In this document: piece after piece, positions 19,866 through 29,367 of the stretch
Layout: each line of letters opens with the position of its first letter
How positions within the stretch are numbered: the stretch's first letter is position 1
Assembly (NCBI GenBank): GCA_963677435.1
Contig: OY781945.1
Location: 1,760,001-1,824,000, forward strand
Source: an uncultured Aliarcobacter sp.
Lineage (GTDB): Bacteria > Campylobacterota > Campylobacteria > Campylobacterales > Arcobacteraceae
DNA length: 64,000 bases
Direction of reading: 5' to 3'
The notes under the pieces: generated by a model
What the model was told of the DNA's origin: nothing
Database searches by the model: none
Seen by the model: only the letters and a program-made list of their open reading frames with translations
Translations under genes and position numbers: made by a program

Positions 19866-21353
19866 ATGCAAATAAATCATTTTATTGAGAAAATAGAAAA
19901 AGACAAAATATCAATTATTAGAGCTTGGATAAGTTCTGCTTCTGTTATTAAATTGATAAATGACTATTCTATCGATAAAGATTTACTTATAAAAAGATAC
20001 GCTTTTGGCGTTATTGATCATTATATTCAAGCTGTAAAAAATAGGCAAAAAATTGAAGACTGTCCAGTAATAATTGACTTTATTAAATATTTAAAAAAGC
20101 AAAACATTAAGTCTAGTGAACTTTTTTTATTATGGGCATCTTTTAAAAATGCTTTAATAAATTTTGCCTTTGAATCAAATATTCAATCAAAAGAGTTAAT
20201 GGAAAGAATTGTTTATTATTACGAAGAATTTTTTTCTAGTATTTTAGATATTTATTCAAAATCAATAGCTCAAGTTGAGAGTGCTTTAAATAAATCTATT
20301 GATATTGTTGATAAATATGTAATTATGTCAAGAGCAGATGTTAATGGAATAATAATTAGTGTTTCTACAGCTTTTTGCAAAATTTCAGGTTATGAATCAT
20401 TTGAATTAATAGGAAAATCCCATAATGTTTTAAGACATCCAGATATGTCAAAAAAAGTTTTTGCAGATTTATGGAATACTATAAAGTCTGGAAATATGTG
20501 GCAAGGTGAGATTATTAATCGTAAAAAAAATGGAGATTCTTATTGGATAAAAACTACAATTCATCCAAATTTTGATAATAGTGGAACCATTGTAAGTTAT
20601 GATGCAATAAATGTAGATATAAGTTCTCAAGTTGAACTAAAAAATCAACAAAATTTATTAGTTGAACAATCAAAGTCAGCTGCAATGGGTGAAATGATAA
20701 GCATGATAGCCCATCAATGGCGACAACCTTTACAAGCAGTTTCTATTTTGATTCAGAAATTACCTTTATTAAAAATGGTAAATGGTGAAATTTCAGATGA
20801 AATGCTTGATGATGTTGTAAATCAAGTTAGTTCTCAACTTGATTATATGTCAAAAACTGTTGATGATTTTAGGGATTATTTTAAACCAAATAAGAGTAAA
20901 GAAGAAGTTTTTATAAAAGATGTTATTGAAAAATCTATAGATTTCTTAGCATATTTATTTAAAATAAATTCTATTGAAGTAAAATACGAAAATAATTCAA
21001 ATTCATGTTTGCAAATATATTTAAATGAGATAGTTCAAGTTTTTATAAATCTAGCAAAAAATTCATGTGATGCAATACTTGAAAAGAGTATTGAACATGG
21101 GAAAATAGATATTCGCACTTATGAAGATAAAAATAGTTTAATAATAGAATTTGAAGATAATGCAGGTGGAATAAAGAGTAATCTTTTGGATAAAATATTT
21201 GATCCGTATTTCTCAACAAAAAATAATAAGAATGGAACAGGATTAGGTTTATACATGAGTAAAACTATTATCGAAGAGCATAGTGGTGGAAAGATAAATG
21301 TGTATAATACAGATTCTGGAACAAAATTCATAATAAAATTACCATTAAAATAG
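19866..21353 (+). CDS. Cytoplasmic PAS-domain histidine kinase
   Basis: No TM segment; PAS (HNVLRHPDM, WQGEIINRKKNG); IAHQWRQPL; GTGLGL. Confidence 0.9.
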   Translation: MQINHFIEKIEKDKISIIRAWISSASVIKLINDYSIDKDLLIKRYAFGVIDHYIQAVKNRQKIEDCPVIIDFIKYLKKQNIKSSELFLLWASFKNALINFAFESNIQSKELMERIVYYYEEFFSSILDIYSKSIAQVESALNKSIDIVDKYVIMSRADVNGIIISVSTAFCKISGYESFELIGKSHNVLRHPDMSKKVFADLWNTIKSGNMWQGEIINRKKNGDSYWIKTTIHPNFDNSGTIVSYDAINVDISSQVELKNQQNLLVEQSKSAAMGEMISMIAHQWRQPLQAVSILIQKLPLLKMVNGEISDEMLDDVVNQVSSQLDYMSKTVDDFRDYFKPNKSKEEVFIKDVIEKSIDFLAYLFKINSIEVKYENNSNSCLQIYLNEIVQVFINLAKNSCDAILEKSIEHGKIDIRTYEDKNSLIIEFEDNAGGIKSNLLDKIFDPYFSTKNNKNGTGLGLYMSKTIIEEHSGGKINVYNTDSGTKFIIKLPLK

Positions 21354-21362
21354 GAGTTAGCG

Positions 21363-22289
21363 TTGTTATATAAAGATTTTAAAGAGAGTATTAAGTCATT
21401 AGGTTTTGGAACTATTGAAGATTTTATACAATATTCAGGTGTTACATCAGATGATATTTTGAGTTGGGAAGAGAAAAATGAAGTTCCTTATTTAATTTCA
21501 CTTATTATTCATCTTTTAAAGGGTGAAAAAGAGTTATTAGTTACAAATTCAGCTCTAGATAATGTAATAGAAGAGTGTTTACCACTTGCTTCACTTCTTG
21601 AAGAAGTATCATCTTTCCCACATAAATTAGAAGAGATGTTTTTATTACAAAAGAAATTAAATGATTCTACAAATGGTAATAATTGGGAATTAGGTGTTAA
21701 CAAATTTGGAAAAGAGATAAATTGGCTTAGATGTATTCATATGGAAGTTGCTGAACTTATTGAGTCAACTCCTTGGAAACATTGGAAAAATATCAATGCT
21801 GATCCAGATATGAATAATATTCATGTTGAACTTGTTGATATTTGGCACTTTTTAATGTCTTATATTTTACAAGAAACAAATGTTCCAAAAGCAGTCTCTT
21901 TAGTAAATACACATTGTATTTATGAAGCAGCACAAGATATTGATGTAAAATTAATGGTAAATGAAGCTGAAAAATTATCTTATATTTCATTAGCAATTGA
22001 TACAGGAAATATGCCATCATTTAGTGGAATAGAAAGATTTATTGACCAATTTTTTAGATGTTGTAAAATCTCAGGTTTATCTTTTATGTGGTTACAAAAA
22101 CTTTATATTGGAAAAAACTGTTTAAATCAATTTAGACAAGACAATGGTTATAAAGAAGGTTCTTATATCAAAGTATGGAATGGACAAGAAGATAATGTTG
22201 TTATGGTTGATTTACTTGAAAAAATGGATGATGTAAGTTTTGATGACTTATATGGAAAATTAAAAGAAGCATATATTAAATGTAAATAA
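21363..22289 (+). CDS. dut: Dimeric all-alpha dUTPase with an N-terminal extension
   Basis: EVAELIES, WKHWK, ELVDIWHF, KNCLNQFRQDNGY motifs. Confidence 0.9.
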   Translation: MLYKDFKESIKSLGFGTIEDFIQYSGVTSDDILSWEEKNEVPYLISLIIHLLKGEKELLVTNSALDNVIEECLPLASLLEEVSSFPHKLEEMFLLQKKLNDSTNGNNWELGVNKFGKEINWLRCIHMEVAELIESTPWKHWKNINADPDMNNIHVELVDIWHFLMSYILQETNVPKAVSLVNTHCIYEAAQDIDVKLMVNEAEKLSYISLAIDTGNMPSFSGIERFIDQFFRCCKISGLSFMWLQKLYIGKNCLNQFRQDNGYKEGSYIKVWNGQEDNVVMVDLLEKMDDVSFDDLYGKLKEAYIKCK

Positions 22290-22310
22290 TAGGTTTAAAC
22301 CTATTATTTA
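22280..22310. repeat. Copy 1 of a palindromic terminator-like direct repeat flanking the K+ module
   Basis: ATGTAAATAATAGGTTTAAACCTATTATTTA. Confidence 0.75.
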
Positions 22311-22421
22311 CACCCTTTATAAAAAATCATCTTGATAAAATCTTGATTTTATTTTTATAATTTTGATTTACTCTTTACAAAACTTCAAATATAATTGAAG
22401 AAATAACTCTCAGGAGAGTAA

Positions 22422-22502
22422 ATGTCCACTTTAAATATTTTTATGTCAATTGTTCTTGGAATATTGACTTTAATCTTGTTAGTTAAATTGCCAAAAGCCT
22501 AA
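22422..22502 (+). CDS. 26-aa hydrophobic peptide, KdpF-like in size and position
   Basis: AGGAG RBS; MSTLNIFMSIVLGILTLILLVKLPKA; stop lies 1 nt before the kinase ATG; TATAAT at 22390. Confidence 0.6.
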   Translation: MSTLNIFMSIVLGILTLILLVKLPKA

Positions 22503-22503
22503 A

Positions 22504-23535
22504 ATGAAAAGTACTTTTATTAAATATAAACCCTTTAGTTACATCTTAAAAGCTTTAGGAATCTTGTTAATTATTACAATAATTAGTCATTTTTTTAGAG
22601 GTTCTTTAGATATTATAAATATCACTTTAATACATATTATTCCAGTTATTGTTGTAGCAATTCATGGAAATATGAAAGCTACAGTTTTTATTACTTTTCT
22701 TAGTGTTGTATTATTGAATTTTTTATATATTCCTCCTTTGTATAGTTTTAGTGTTCATAATGAGCTTTATCTTTATAGTTTTTCTATATTTGGAATAGTT
22801 GGCTGGATTATTACTTATCAAGCAAAAAATCTAAATACTCAAACAAAACAAAATGAATTAAGAGAGAGTCTGCTGCATATAATATCTCATGATTTAAGAA
22901 CACCTCTTTCTACAATACATGGAAGTATAAATCTGATTTTATCAAATGATAATTTAGATGAAAACAGTAAAGAAAATCTTTATGAAGATATAAATTATGC
23001 CTCACTTAGAATGAAAAGATTGATTACAAATATTTTAGATAGTACAAGATTATCAAGTGGAAATATAGATTTAAAATTAGAATGGTGTGATTTTGAAGAT
23101 ATTGTAGGTGTTGCATTAAATGAGTTTTCTCAAAAACAAAATGATGAGATACTTCAAATTAAAATTGACGAACTTAGTCTATTTTGGGGCGATAATACTT
23201 TGCTTACACAGTTAATTATTAACTTACTTGATAATGCATTTAAATACTCTAAACCAGATACAAAAATATATTTTGAAATAATAAATTTCAATAATTTTAT
23301 AAAAATCAAAATTTTTAATGAAACAGAGTTTATAGATAAAAATAAATTAAAAAATATTTTTGATAAATTTTATAGATTAGAAGATACAAATGATATTTTG
23401 GGAAGTGGAATTGGTTTATCTATTTGTAAAAGTATTGTAAAACTACATAATGGAGAGATAAAAGCAAGTCATGAGGGAAAAGGTATTTTAATAGAAATTG
23501 AATTGCCAATAATAAAGAGAGCAAAATTAATATGA
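22504..23535 (+). CDS. Short KdpD-like histidine kinase (DUF4118 TM domain plus HK)
   Basis: Four-TM region with NFLYIPPLYSF, ISHDLRTPL, DNAFKYS, GSGIGL; no KdpD N-terminal/USP domains. Confidence 0.85.
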   Translation: MKSTFIKYKPFSYILKALGILLIITIISHFFRGSLDIINITLIHIIPVIVVAIHGNMKATVFITFLSVVLLNFLYIPPLYSFSVHNELYLYSFSIFGIVGWIITYQAKNLNTQTKQNELRESLLHIISHDLRTPLSTIHGSINLILSNDNLDENSKENLYEDINYASLRMKRLITNILDSTRLSSGNIDLKLEWCDFEDIVGVALNEFSQKQNDEILQIKIDELSLFWGDNTLLTQLIINLLDNAFKYSKPDTKIYFEIINFNNFIKIKIFNETEFIDKNKLKNIFDKFYRLEDTNDILGSGIGLSICKSIVKLHNGEIKASHEGKGILIEIELPIIKRAKLI

Positions 23536-24224
23536 AAGAATATTTAATACACATTATAGAAGATGATGTATCAGTAAAAAAACTTTTAGAGATTACTTTT
23601 AAAGAGTACGATTTTAATTATATATCAAGTGAAAGTAAAAAAAATGCCTTAATGATGTTTTTAAGCCATAATCCTGATTTACTTATTGTTGATTTAGGTT
23701 TAAGTGATGGAGATGGAAAAGATTTAATTAAACAAATCAGAGAAATCTCAAAAATTCCTATTATAGTTTTAACAGCAAGACATGATGAAAAAGAGATAGT
23801 TGCAGCTTTGGATGTTGGAGCTGATGATTATATTACTAAACCATTTTCTGTAAATGAACTATTAGCAAGAATTAGAGCGAATCTAAGAAGAAATATAAAT
23901 AATGAAAAAGATATAACTAATAAATTAGTTTGTAATGAATTAGAACTTGATATTACTTCAAGAAGTATTCTCTTAAGAGGAGAGAGTTTAAAACTAACTC
24001 CAATTGAGTATGAATTGCTTAAATATTTTATGTTACATATGAATAAAACTTTAACTCACAAACAAATTTTACAAGAAGTTTGGGGAACAGCTTACCAAAA
24101 TGAGATGCAGTATTTAAGAACTTATGTAAATACTCTTAGAAAAAAAATTGAAGAGAATTCAACAAGACCAGACTATATAAAAACCCAGTCAGGTATTGGA
24201 TATAGATTTTCTTGTAATCAATAG
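23532..24224 (+). CDS. kdpE: KdpE-like response regulator
   Basis: DLGLSDGDG, GADDYITKPF, LTHKQILQEVWG, YLRTYV, GIGYRF. Confidence 0.85.
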   Translation: MKEYLIHIIEDDVSVKKLLEITFKEYDFNYISSESKKNALMMFLSHNPDLLIVDLGLSDGDGKDLIKQIREISKIPIIVLTARHDEKEIVAALDVGADDYITKPFSVNELLARIRANLRRNINNEKDITNKLVCNELELDITSRSILLRGESLKLTPIEYELLKYFMLHMNKTLTHKQILQEVWGTAYQNEMQYLRTYVNTLRKKIEENSTRPDYIKTQSGIGYRFSCNQ

Positions 24225-24233
24225 TAGGATTTT

Positions 24234-25559
24234 ATGGAACATAAGTATGTAAGGTCAATTTTTTTAGGTTATTTGATTATCATTTTTTTAGGAGCAATAA
24301 TATTATATTTACCCATATCTCATATTGGTGAATTAAAATTTATTGATGCTGTTTTTACATCTACAAGTGCCGTTTGTGTAACTGGTCTTATCGTGACAAG
24401 TACTTCTGAAAATTTTACTTTTTTAGGAGAATTAATTATTTTAATTCTTATACAAATGGGTGGAATTGGATATATGTCATTGGTAATTATATTTTTCTTA
24501 TTTATTAGAAATAATTTAAATATTGATGAAAAAAGAGCGATGAAACAATCTTTGGATTTGCCAAATCTACATGTTGGATTTTTTATAAAAAAGATTTTAC
24601 TAGTTGTATTGTTTATAGAATTACTTGGAACAATTATTTTAACTATTCAATTTCTTCATAAATTTAAATTTACAGATGCACTTTGGCATGGAGTATTTCA
24701 TAGTATTAGTGCTTTTAATAATGCTGGTTTCTCCTTATTCACAGATAGTATGATGGGATATCAAAGTGATACGATTTCTTTAGTAACTATTAGTTTTTTA
24801 TCAGTTTTTGGAGGTTTGGGTTATTTTGTATTAATTGAAATTTATGAAAATAGAAGATTTTCTAAGCAGTTTACTATTCATACAAGAATTATGATTTATG
24901 GAACAATTATTTTAATAATAGCAGGTATGGTTCTATTTTTATCTATTGAATGGGATAATCCAAAAACCTTTGGACCAATGTCTGTATATGGCAAAATATT
25001 AAACGCATTTTTCCTATCAATAAATTTTAGAACATGTGGATTTAATAGTATTGATATAGGTTCACTAAAAGATTCCTCGATTTTCTTTTCAACACTATTT
25101 ATGTTAACAGGTGCTGGACAAGGAAGTACAGCAGGTGGTATGAAAATTACTACTGTTGCTATTTTAGTTATTACAGTTATTTATATTTTAAAAGAGAGTA
25201 ATCAACAACCAAGTATTTTCAAAAGAACTATTGATCAAAAGATTATAAATAAGGCACTAGCTATTATTCTTTCATCATCTTTCTTTGTTCTTTTTACTGT
25301 TTTAATTTTGGTTGAAACACAAAATCTACCTTTTTTGAGAATACTATTTGAAGTTTGTTCTGCCTTTGGAACAGTTGGAGTATCTACAGGTAATGGAGAT
25401 ATTCTTAGTTTTTCACAACAGTTTGATTCTTTTGGGAAAAGTACCATTATTATAATGATGGTAGCAGGAAGATTAGGCGTTTTTGCTTTTGGAGTAGTTT
25501 TAATAGGAAAAGCAAAATCAAAACATTTTAAATACCCACAAGGAAAAATTATAATATGA
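24234..25559 (+). CDS. ktrB: KtrB/TrkH potassium uptake membrane subunit
   Basis: SAVCVTGL, SAFNNAGF, RTCGF, SAFGTVG pore loops. Confidence 0.9.
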   Translation: MEHKYVRSIFLGYLIIIFLGAIILYLPISHIGELKFIDAVFTSTSAVCVTGLIVTSTSENFTFLGELIILILIQMGGIGYMSLVIIFFLFIRNNLNIDEKRAMKQSLDLPNLHVGFFIKKILLVVLFIELLGTIILTIQFLHKFKFTDALWHGVFHSISAFNNAGFSLFTDSMMGYQSDTISLVTISFLSVFGGLGYFVLIEIYENRRFSKQFTIHTRIMIYGTIILIIAGMVLFLSIEWDNPKTFGPMSVYGKILNAFFLSINFRTCGFNSIDIGSLKDSSIFFSTLFMLTGAGQGSTAGGMKITTVAILVITVIYILKESNQQPSIFKRTIDQKIINKALAIILSSSFFVLFTVLILVETQNLPFLRILFEVCSAFGTVGVSTGNGDILSFSQQFDSFGKSTIIIMMVAGRLGVFAFGVVLIGKAKSKHFKYPQGKIII

Positions 25560-26206
25560 AAACAGTCGCAGTTATTGGTTTAGGAAAATTCGGATTTTAT
25601 ATTGTAAAAAGTTTATCAAGATTAAATGTAAAAGTTATTGCCGTTGATAATGATGAAAAAAAGATACAAGAAGTTAGTGAATATATTGATGATGCTTTTA
25701 TTTTAGATAGTACAAATAAAACAGCTTTGGAAGAGGTTGGAATTTATAATTTAAATACAGTTATTGTAAGTATTGGTGAAAATATCGAAGCTAGTATTTT
25801 AACCGTTATGGCTTTAAAAGATTTAAATAATAAATATGTAATTGCAAAAGCAATAACATCTACGCATGGAGAGATTTTATCAAAAATAGGGGCTTTTAAA
25901 GTAATTTATCCAGAAAAAATTGCTGGAAGGTTATTGGTTAAAAAATTAATTGATAATATTACAGTTGAAGAAATAGATATTAGTAATACATTAAAAATGA
26001 TTAAATTAGTAGTAAATGAAAATTTTATATATAAAAAGATTTCTGAAATTGAATCAGAGTATAAATATCTAAAAATCGTCTCTTATAAAACAAATGAAAC
26101 TTGGTGTTTGGATGTTAATCCCTCATATCAAGTAAAAAAAGATGATATGTTAGTTCTTTTAGGGGAATCAAAATATATAAAAGATTTTTATGCATATGTA
26201 AAATAA
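25556..26206 (+). CDS. ktrA: KtrA/TrkA RCK regulatory subunit
   Basis: VIGLGKFG Rossmann motif, IEASIL, VIYPE. Confidence 0.9.
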   Translation: MKTVAVIGLGKFGFYIVKSLSRLNVKVIAVDNDEKKIQEVSEYIDDAFILDSTNKTALEEVGIYNLNTVIVSIGENIEASILTVMALKDLNNKYVIAKAITSTHGEILSKIGAFKVIYPEKIAGRLLVKKLIDNITVEEIDISNTLKMIKLVVNENFIYKKISEIESEYKYLKIVSYKTNETWCLDVNPSYQVKKDDMLVLLGESKYIKDFYAYVK

Positions 26207-26228
26207 TAGGTTTAAAACCTATTATTTA
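26196..26228. repeat. Copy 2 of the palindromic direct repeat; also a bidirectional terminator candidate
   Basis: ATGTAAAATAATAGGTTTAAAACCTATTATTTA. Confidence 0.75.
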
Positions 26229-26231
26229 ATT

Positions 26232-26732
26232 TTATCTATAATCGTTTTTATAATCTACATAGTGTTTTGCATGGGCAATTAATTTGTCCACATCTTCTTG
26301 TGTTAACTCTTTTACAACTTTTGCAGGGCTTCCCATAATCATACTTCTTGGTGGAAATACTTTTCCTGCAGTTACAAGTGAATTTGCTCCAACTATACTT
26401 CCTTCACCAATTACAGCATTATCTAAAATTGTAGCACTCATTCCAATTAGACAATTATCTTCAATAGTACAACCATGAAGCATAACTTTATGACCAACAG
26501 TTACATTATCACCGATAATCGTTTTTGTATTAGTATCTGTATGAATACATGATAAGTCTTGTATATTAGTATTTTTACCAATTCTAACTTCATTAACATC
26601 TGATCTAATTACACAACCAAACCAAACTGATGAATCTTCACCAATTTCAATATTACCTATCAAATCAGCACTTGGTGCAATCCAAGCACTTGCATGAATA
26701 TCAGGGTAAAAATTCTTAAATTTTAAAATCAT
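26232..26732 (-). CDS. Gamma carbonic anhydrase family protein
   Basis: Hexapeptide repeats; NIQD, IH, VGH, LHGC metal ligands. Confidence 0.92.
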   Translation of the reverse strand: MILKFKNFYPDIHASAWIAPSADLIGNIEIGEDSSVWFGCVIRSDVNEVRIGKNTNIQDLSCIHTDTNTKTIIGDNVTVGHKVMLHGCTIEDNCLIGMSATILDNAVIGEGSIVGANSLVTAGKVFPPRSMIMGSPAKVVKELTQEDVDKLIAHAKHYVDYKNDYR

Positions 26733-26777
26733 AGCTTTTCTCCTTAGCTTATTTTGTTTATTATAGCAAAGGATTTT

Positions 26778-29363
26778 CTATTTTGGAACATATTCTAAAA
26801 TTACAGCTTGGGAATAATTTGGCACATCATCATAGGTAAATATTGCATAATATTTATCTATATCAGTTGCTCCAAAATCATCTAAAGTATACTCATCAAC
26901 TCCCGCATAAAGTTTTTGTCCATCTTGTGCAGATAGAGGTTTTCTAAAGGGATTTTTTATAACTTTTGCTCCTACAAAATCTGGATTTTTAGGATTTGTC
27001 CAAGAGATTTTTATTTTTCCATTTTCTAGTGATAATTTTGCATTTGTAACTTTTTCAACAGGGAATCTTCTTTTTGGAATATGTTCAAGGATAAGTTTTG
27101 GAGATAAAGATTTATTTGATACTTCCCACGAAACTGTTTTGTTTTTTATGATTTTTACAGCTGATGTGGGTTTTAAAACAAATGAAATATCAGATTTACT
27201 TTTTAGTTTTTCATTTAAAATTATTTCAGAAAATGAATCAAACATAAAATATTGAGTTTGATTGTTTTTTAACTCTGTGGCACTTACATCATAACCGATA
27301 TTTTGGATTACTTCTCTATTTGTTATATCTTCAAAATTTTTATTAATATTTTCATCAACAAATTCTAAATGAAATCTAATATCATCTTTTATATAAATTT
27401 TTGTAGAGTTTAGCTCAAAATAGGCTTTAGTAATCATGGTGTCATTGTATGGAGGAAGAGACGATAAATTAAACTGAAAAGTTGAATATATTTTATTTCC
27501 ATCTTCATCAAAACCAGCTGTAATTACATCATCTATAACCTCAGCTTTGCTAACTGTTTTAATTGATTTAGCATAAAGAGTTGTAGTTGTTGGCTCAATT
27601 GTATAAGTTAATTCTAATCTTGGTCTATAAGCCAATCCAAAACCAAATTGCCCATACCCAATATCCCATTGCATCATCTGTTTTGTTCTTCCAATTCTTA
27701 GCTCTTTAGGACCTTCAACCCTTAAAACTATAGTGTCATTCTTGATTGATTTTTTTAAATCATTACACTCCAAACCTGATAAATCCCATGTTCTCCAAAT
27801 TCCTTGTGTTAATTGGTGAGATTCTGTTGGGCGTCCTATATATCTTATGATTTGCATATTATCTACATCATCAAAGTTTGTAATATCTCCCATGGTTTCT
27901 TGATTTACAAGTCCTATGTTCCATTCCCCATATTTTTCAATAGTTGTTGAAACTCTATTTATTGGATATAAATTAATTGAAGCTAGTTTTATTAAAGCAT
28001 TCGCTGGAAGTGATTTTACATTTATTGAAATAACTGCATATGAAATTCCCTTATTATCATCAACTCCCACAAATAGTGAGTTTACTCCAAAATGACTAGG
28101 ATTATTATTTAGATTTTCAGCCACATATCCAGTCCCTTTTGCATTAGCATAGTAGGTTCTACTATATTCATCATATTCTATTAAAGTACGGATTTTAATT
28201 TGTGGATAAAATGGTGATTTTTGGTTTGTTTTTTTATTTACAGCTCGGATATTGTAGTAATAATCTTTATTTGAACTTAGATTTATATCATTAAATTCTA
28301 AGCTTTGAGTTTTAGAAATGAGATTTGAACTATTGCAAAATTGCTTATCTTTTGTACTTCTGAAAATCTCAAAATATATATTTTTGTTTAATTCATAATC
28401 CCATTTTAGATTTACATGATTTGAGCCAATTTCTGTAGCATTAAAAGAGTTAACCCTTTTCATAACATTGTCTTTATCGTAATTATCAGCTTCTTTTAAG
28501 GCATAAATAAGTGCTGGAATATGTTCTCTAATATTTTCATTCATATCTTCCATATAATCACTTATATTTCTAGTTCCAACTTCTACAACAGATGAGATAA
28601 TTTTGTTTGAATAATAAAACTCTCTACCACTTCCTGAGATTAATTTTGCTGGTGGTTTACCTTGATGTATTCCATACTCTCGACCTGATATTTTTCTAAT
28701 CTCTTCAGCCATATTTGCACATAAAGTATTCATATCAGTTGTATCAATAGTATCTTCATGTCTAAAATCGTGGGCAGGAAAAAATACATTTCCTTGGCTA
28801 TGATAATCTAAAGCTATTGTAATATTTGAATGAGATAAAACAAAATCTCTAAGAGCTTGGGTTTCAGGCTCAGAGAATGGTTCAGGCCCTCCATAAACAT
28901 TTGAAGTTGTAGCAGTTGATTTTACAAAACCTATAGGAAAGTTTCTATTTAAATCAACTCCATAAGTTCCATCGGCATTTTGTCTTCTGTTTTTTCTCCA
29001 AAAAGAGAAGTGTTTTCTTGAATATTCATATCCATCAGGATTAACACAAGGAACCATATAAACTGTACTTTCATTTAAATAAGTTTGTAAAGTAGGGTCA
29101 GTTTCAAGATTTTTTAGTACATATATTGCAAACTCAATAGCTAATTCATGACCAATCCACTCTCTTGCATGAATAGTTCCTGTATAAAATAGTGCTGGTT
29201 TTGAATCAGCTGTTTTAATATTTTTTGAAATGGTAATTAGATTTATCTCTCTATTTTCCCAAGTATTACCTATTGATTCAATTTTGAAATAATTAGGATA
29301 TTTAGCTTCCAATTCTTTAAAAATATTTGTTGATTCACTATATGATCTATATAATCTTTTCAA
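26778..29363 (-). CDS. Multidomain M14 zinc carboxypeptidase with FN3-like and other beta-rich C-terminal domains
   Basis: IHAREW, NPDG, WRKNRR, GVDLNRNF, SEPET, DYHSQG, VEVG; FN3-like LKW...YYYNIRAVN. Confidence 0.88.
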   Translation of the reverse strand: MKRLYRSYSESTNIFKELEAKYPNYFKIESIGNTWENREINLITISKNIKTADSKPALFYTGTIHAREWIGHELAIEFAIYVLKNLETDPTLQTYLNESTVYMVPCVNPDGYEYSRKHFSFWRKNRRQNADGTYGVDLNRNFPIGFVKSTATTSNVYGGPEPFSEPETQALRDFVLSHSNITIALDYHSQGNVFFPAHDFRHEDTIDTTDMNTLCANMAEEIRKISGREYGIHQGKPPAKLISGSGREFYYSNKIISSVVEVGTRNISDYMEDMNENIREHIPALIYALKEADNYDKDNVMKRVNSFNATEIGSNHVNLKWDYELNKNIYFEIFRSTKDKQFCNSSNLISKTQSLEFNDINLSSNKDYYYNIRAVNKKTNQKSPFYPQIKIRTLIEYDEYSRTYYANAKGTGYVAENLNNNPSHFGVNSLFVGVDDNKGISYAVISINVKSLPANALIKLASINLYPINRVSTTIEKYGEWNIGLVNQETMGDITNFDDVDNMQIIRYIGRPTESHQLTQGIWRTWDLSGLECNDLKKSIKNDTIVLRVEGPKELRIGRTKQMMQWDIGYGQFGFGLAYRPRLELTYTIEPTTTTLYAKSIKTVSKAEVIDDVITAGFDEDGNKIYSTFQFNLSSLPPYNDTMITKAYFELNSTKIYIKDDIRFHLEFVDENINKNFEDITNREVIQNIGYDVSATELKNNQTQYFMFDSFSEIILNEKLKSKSDISFVLKPTSAVKIIKNKTVSWEVSNKSLSPKLILEHIPKRRFPVEKVTNAKLSLENGKIKISWTNPKNPDFVGAKVIKNPFRKPLSAQDGQKLYAGVDEYTLDDFGATDIDKYYAIFTYDDVPNYSQAVILEYVPK

Positions 29364-29367
29364 GAAC

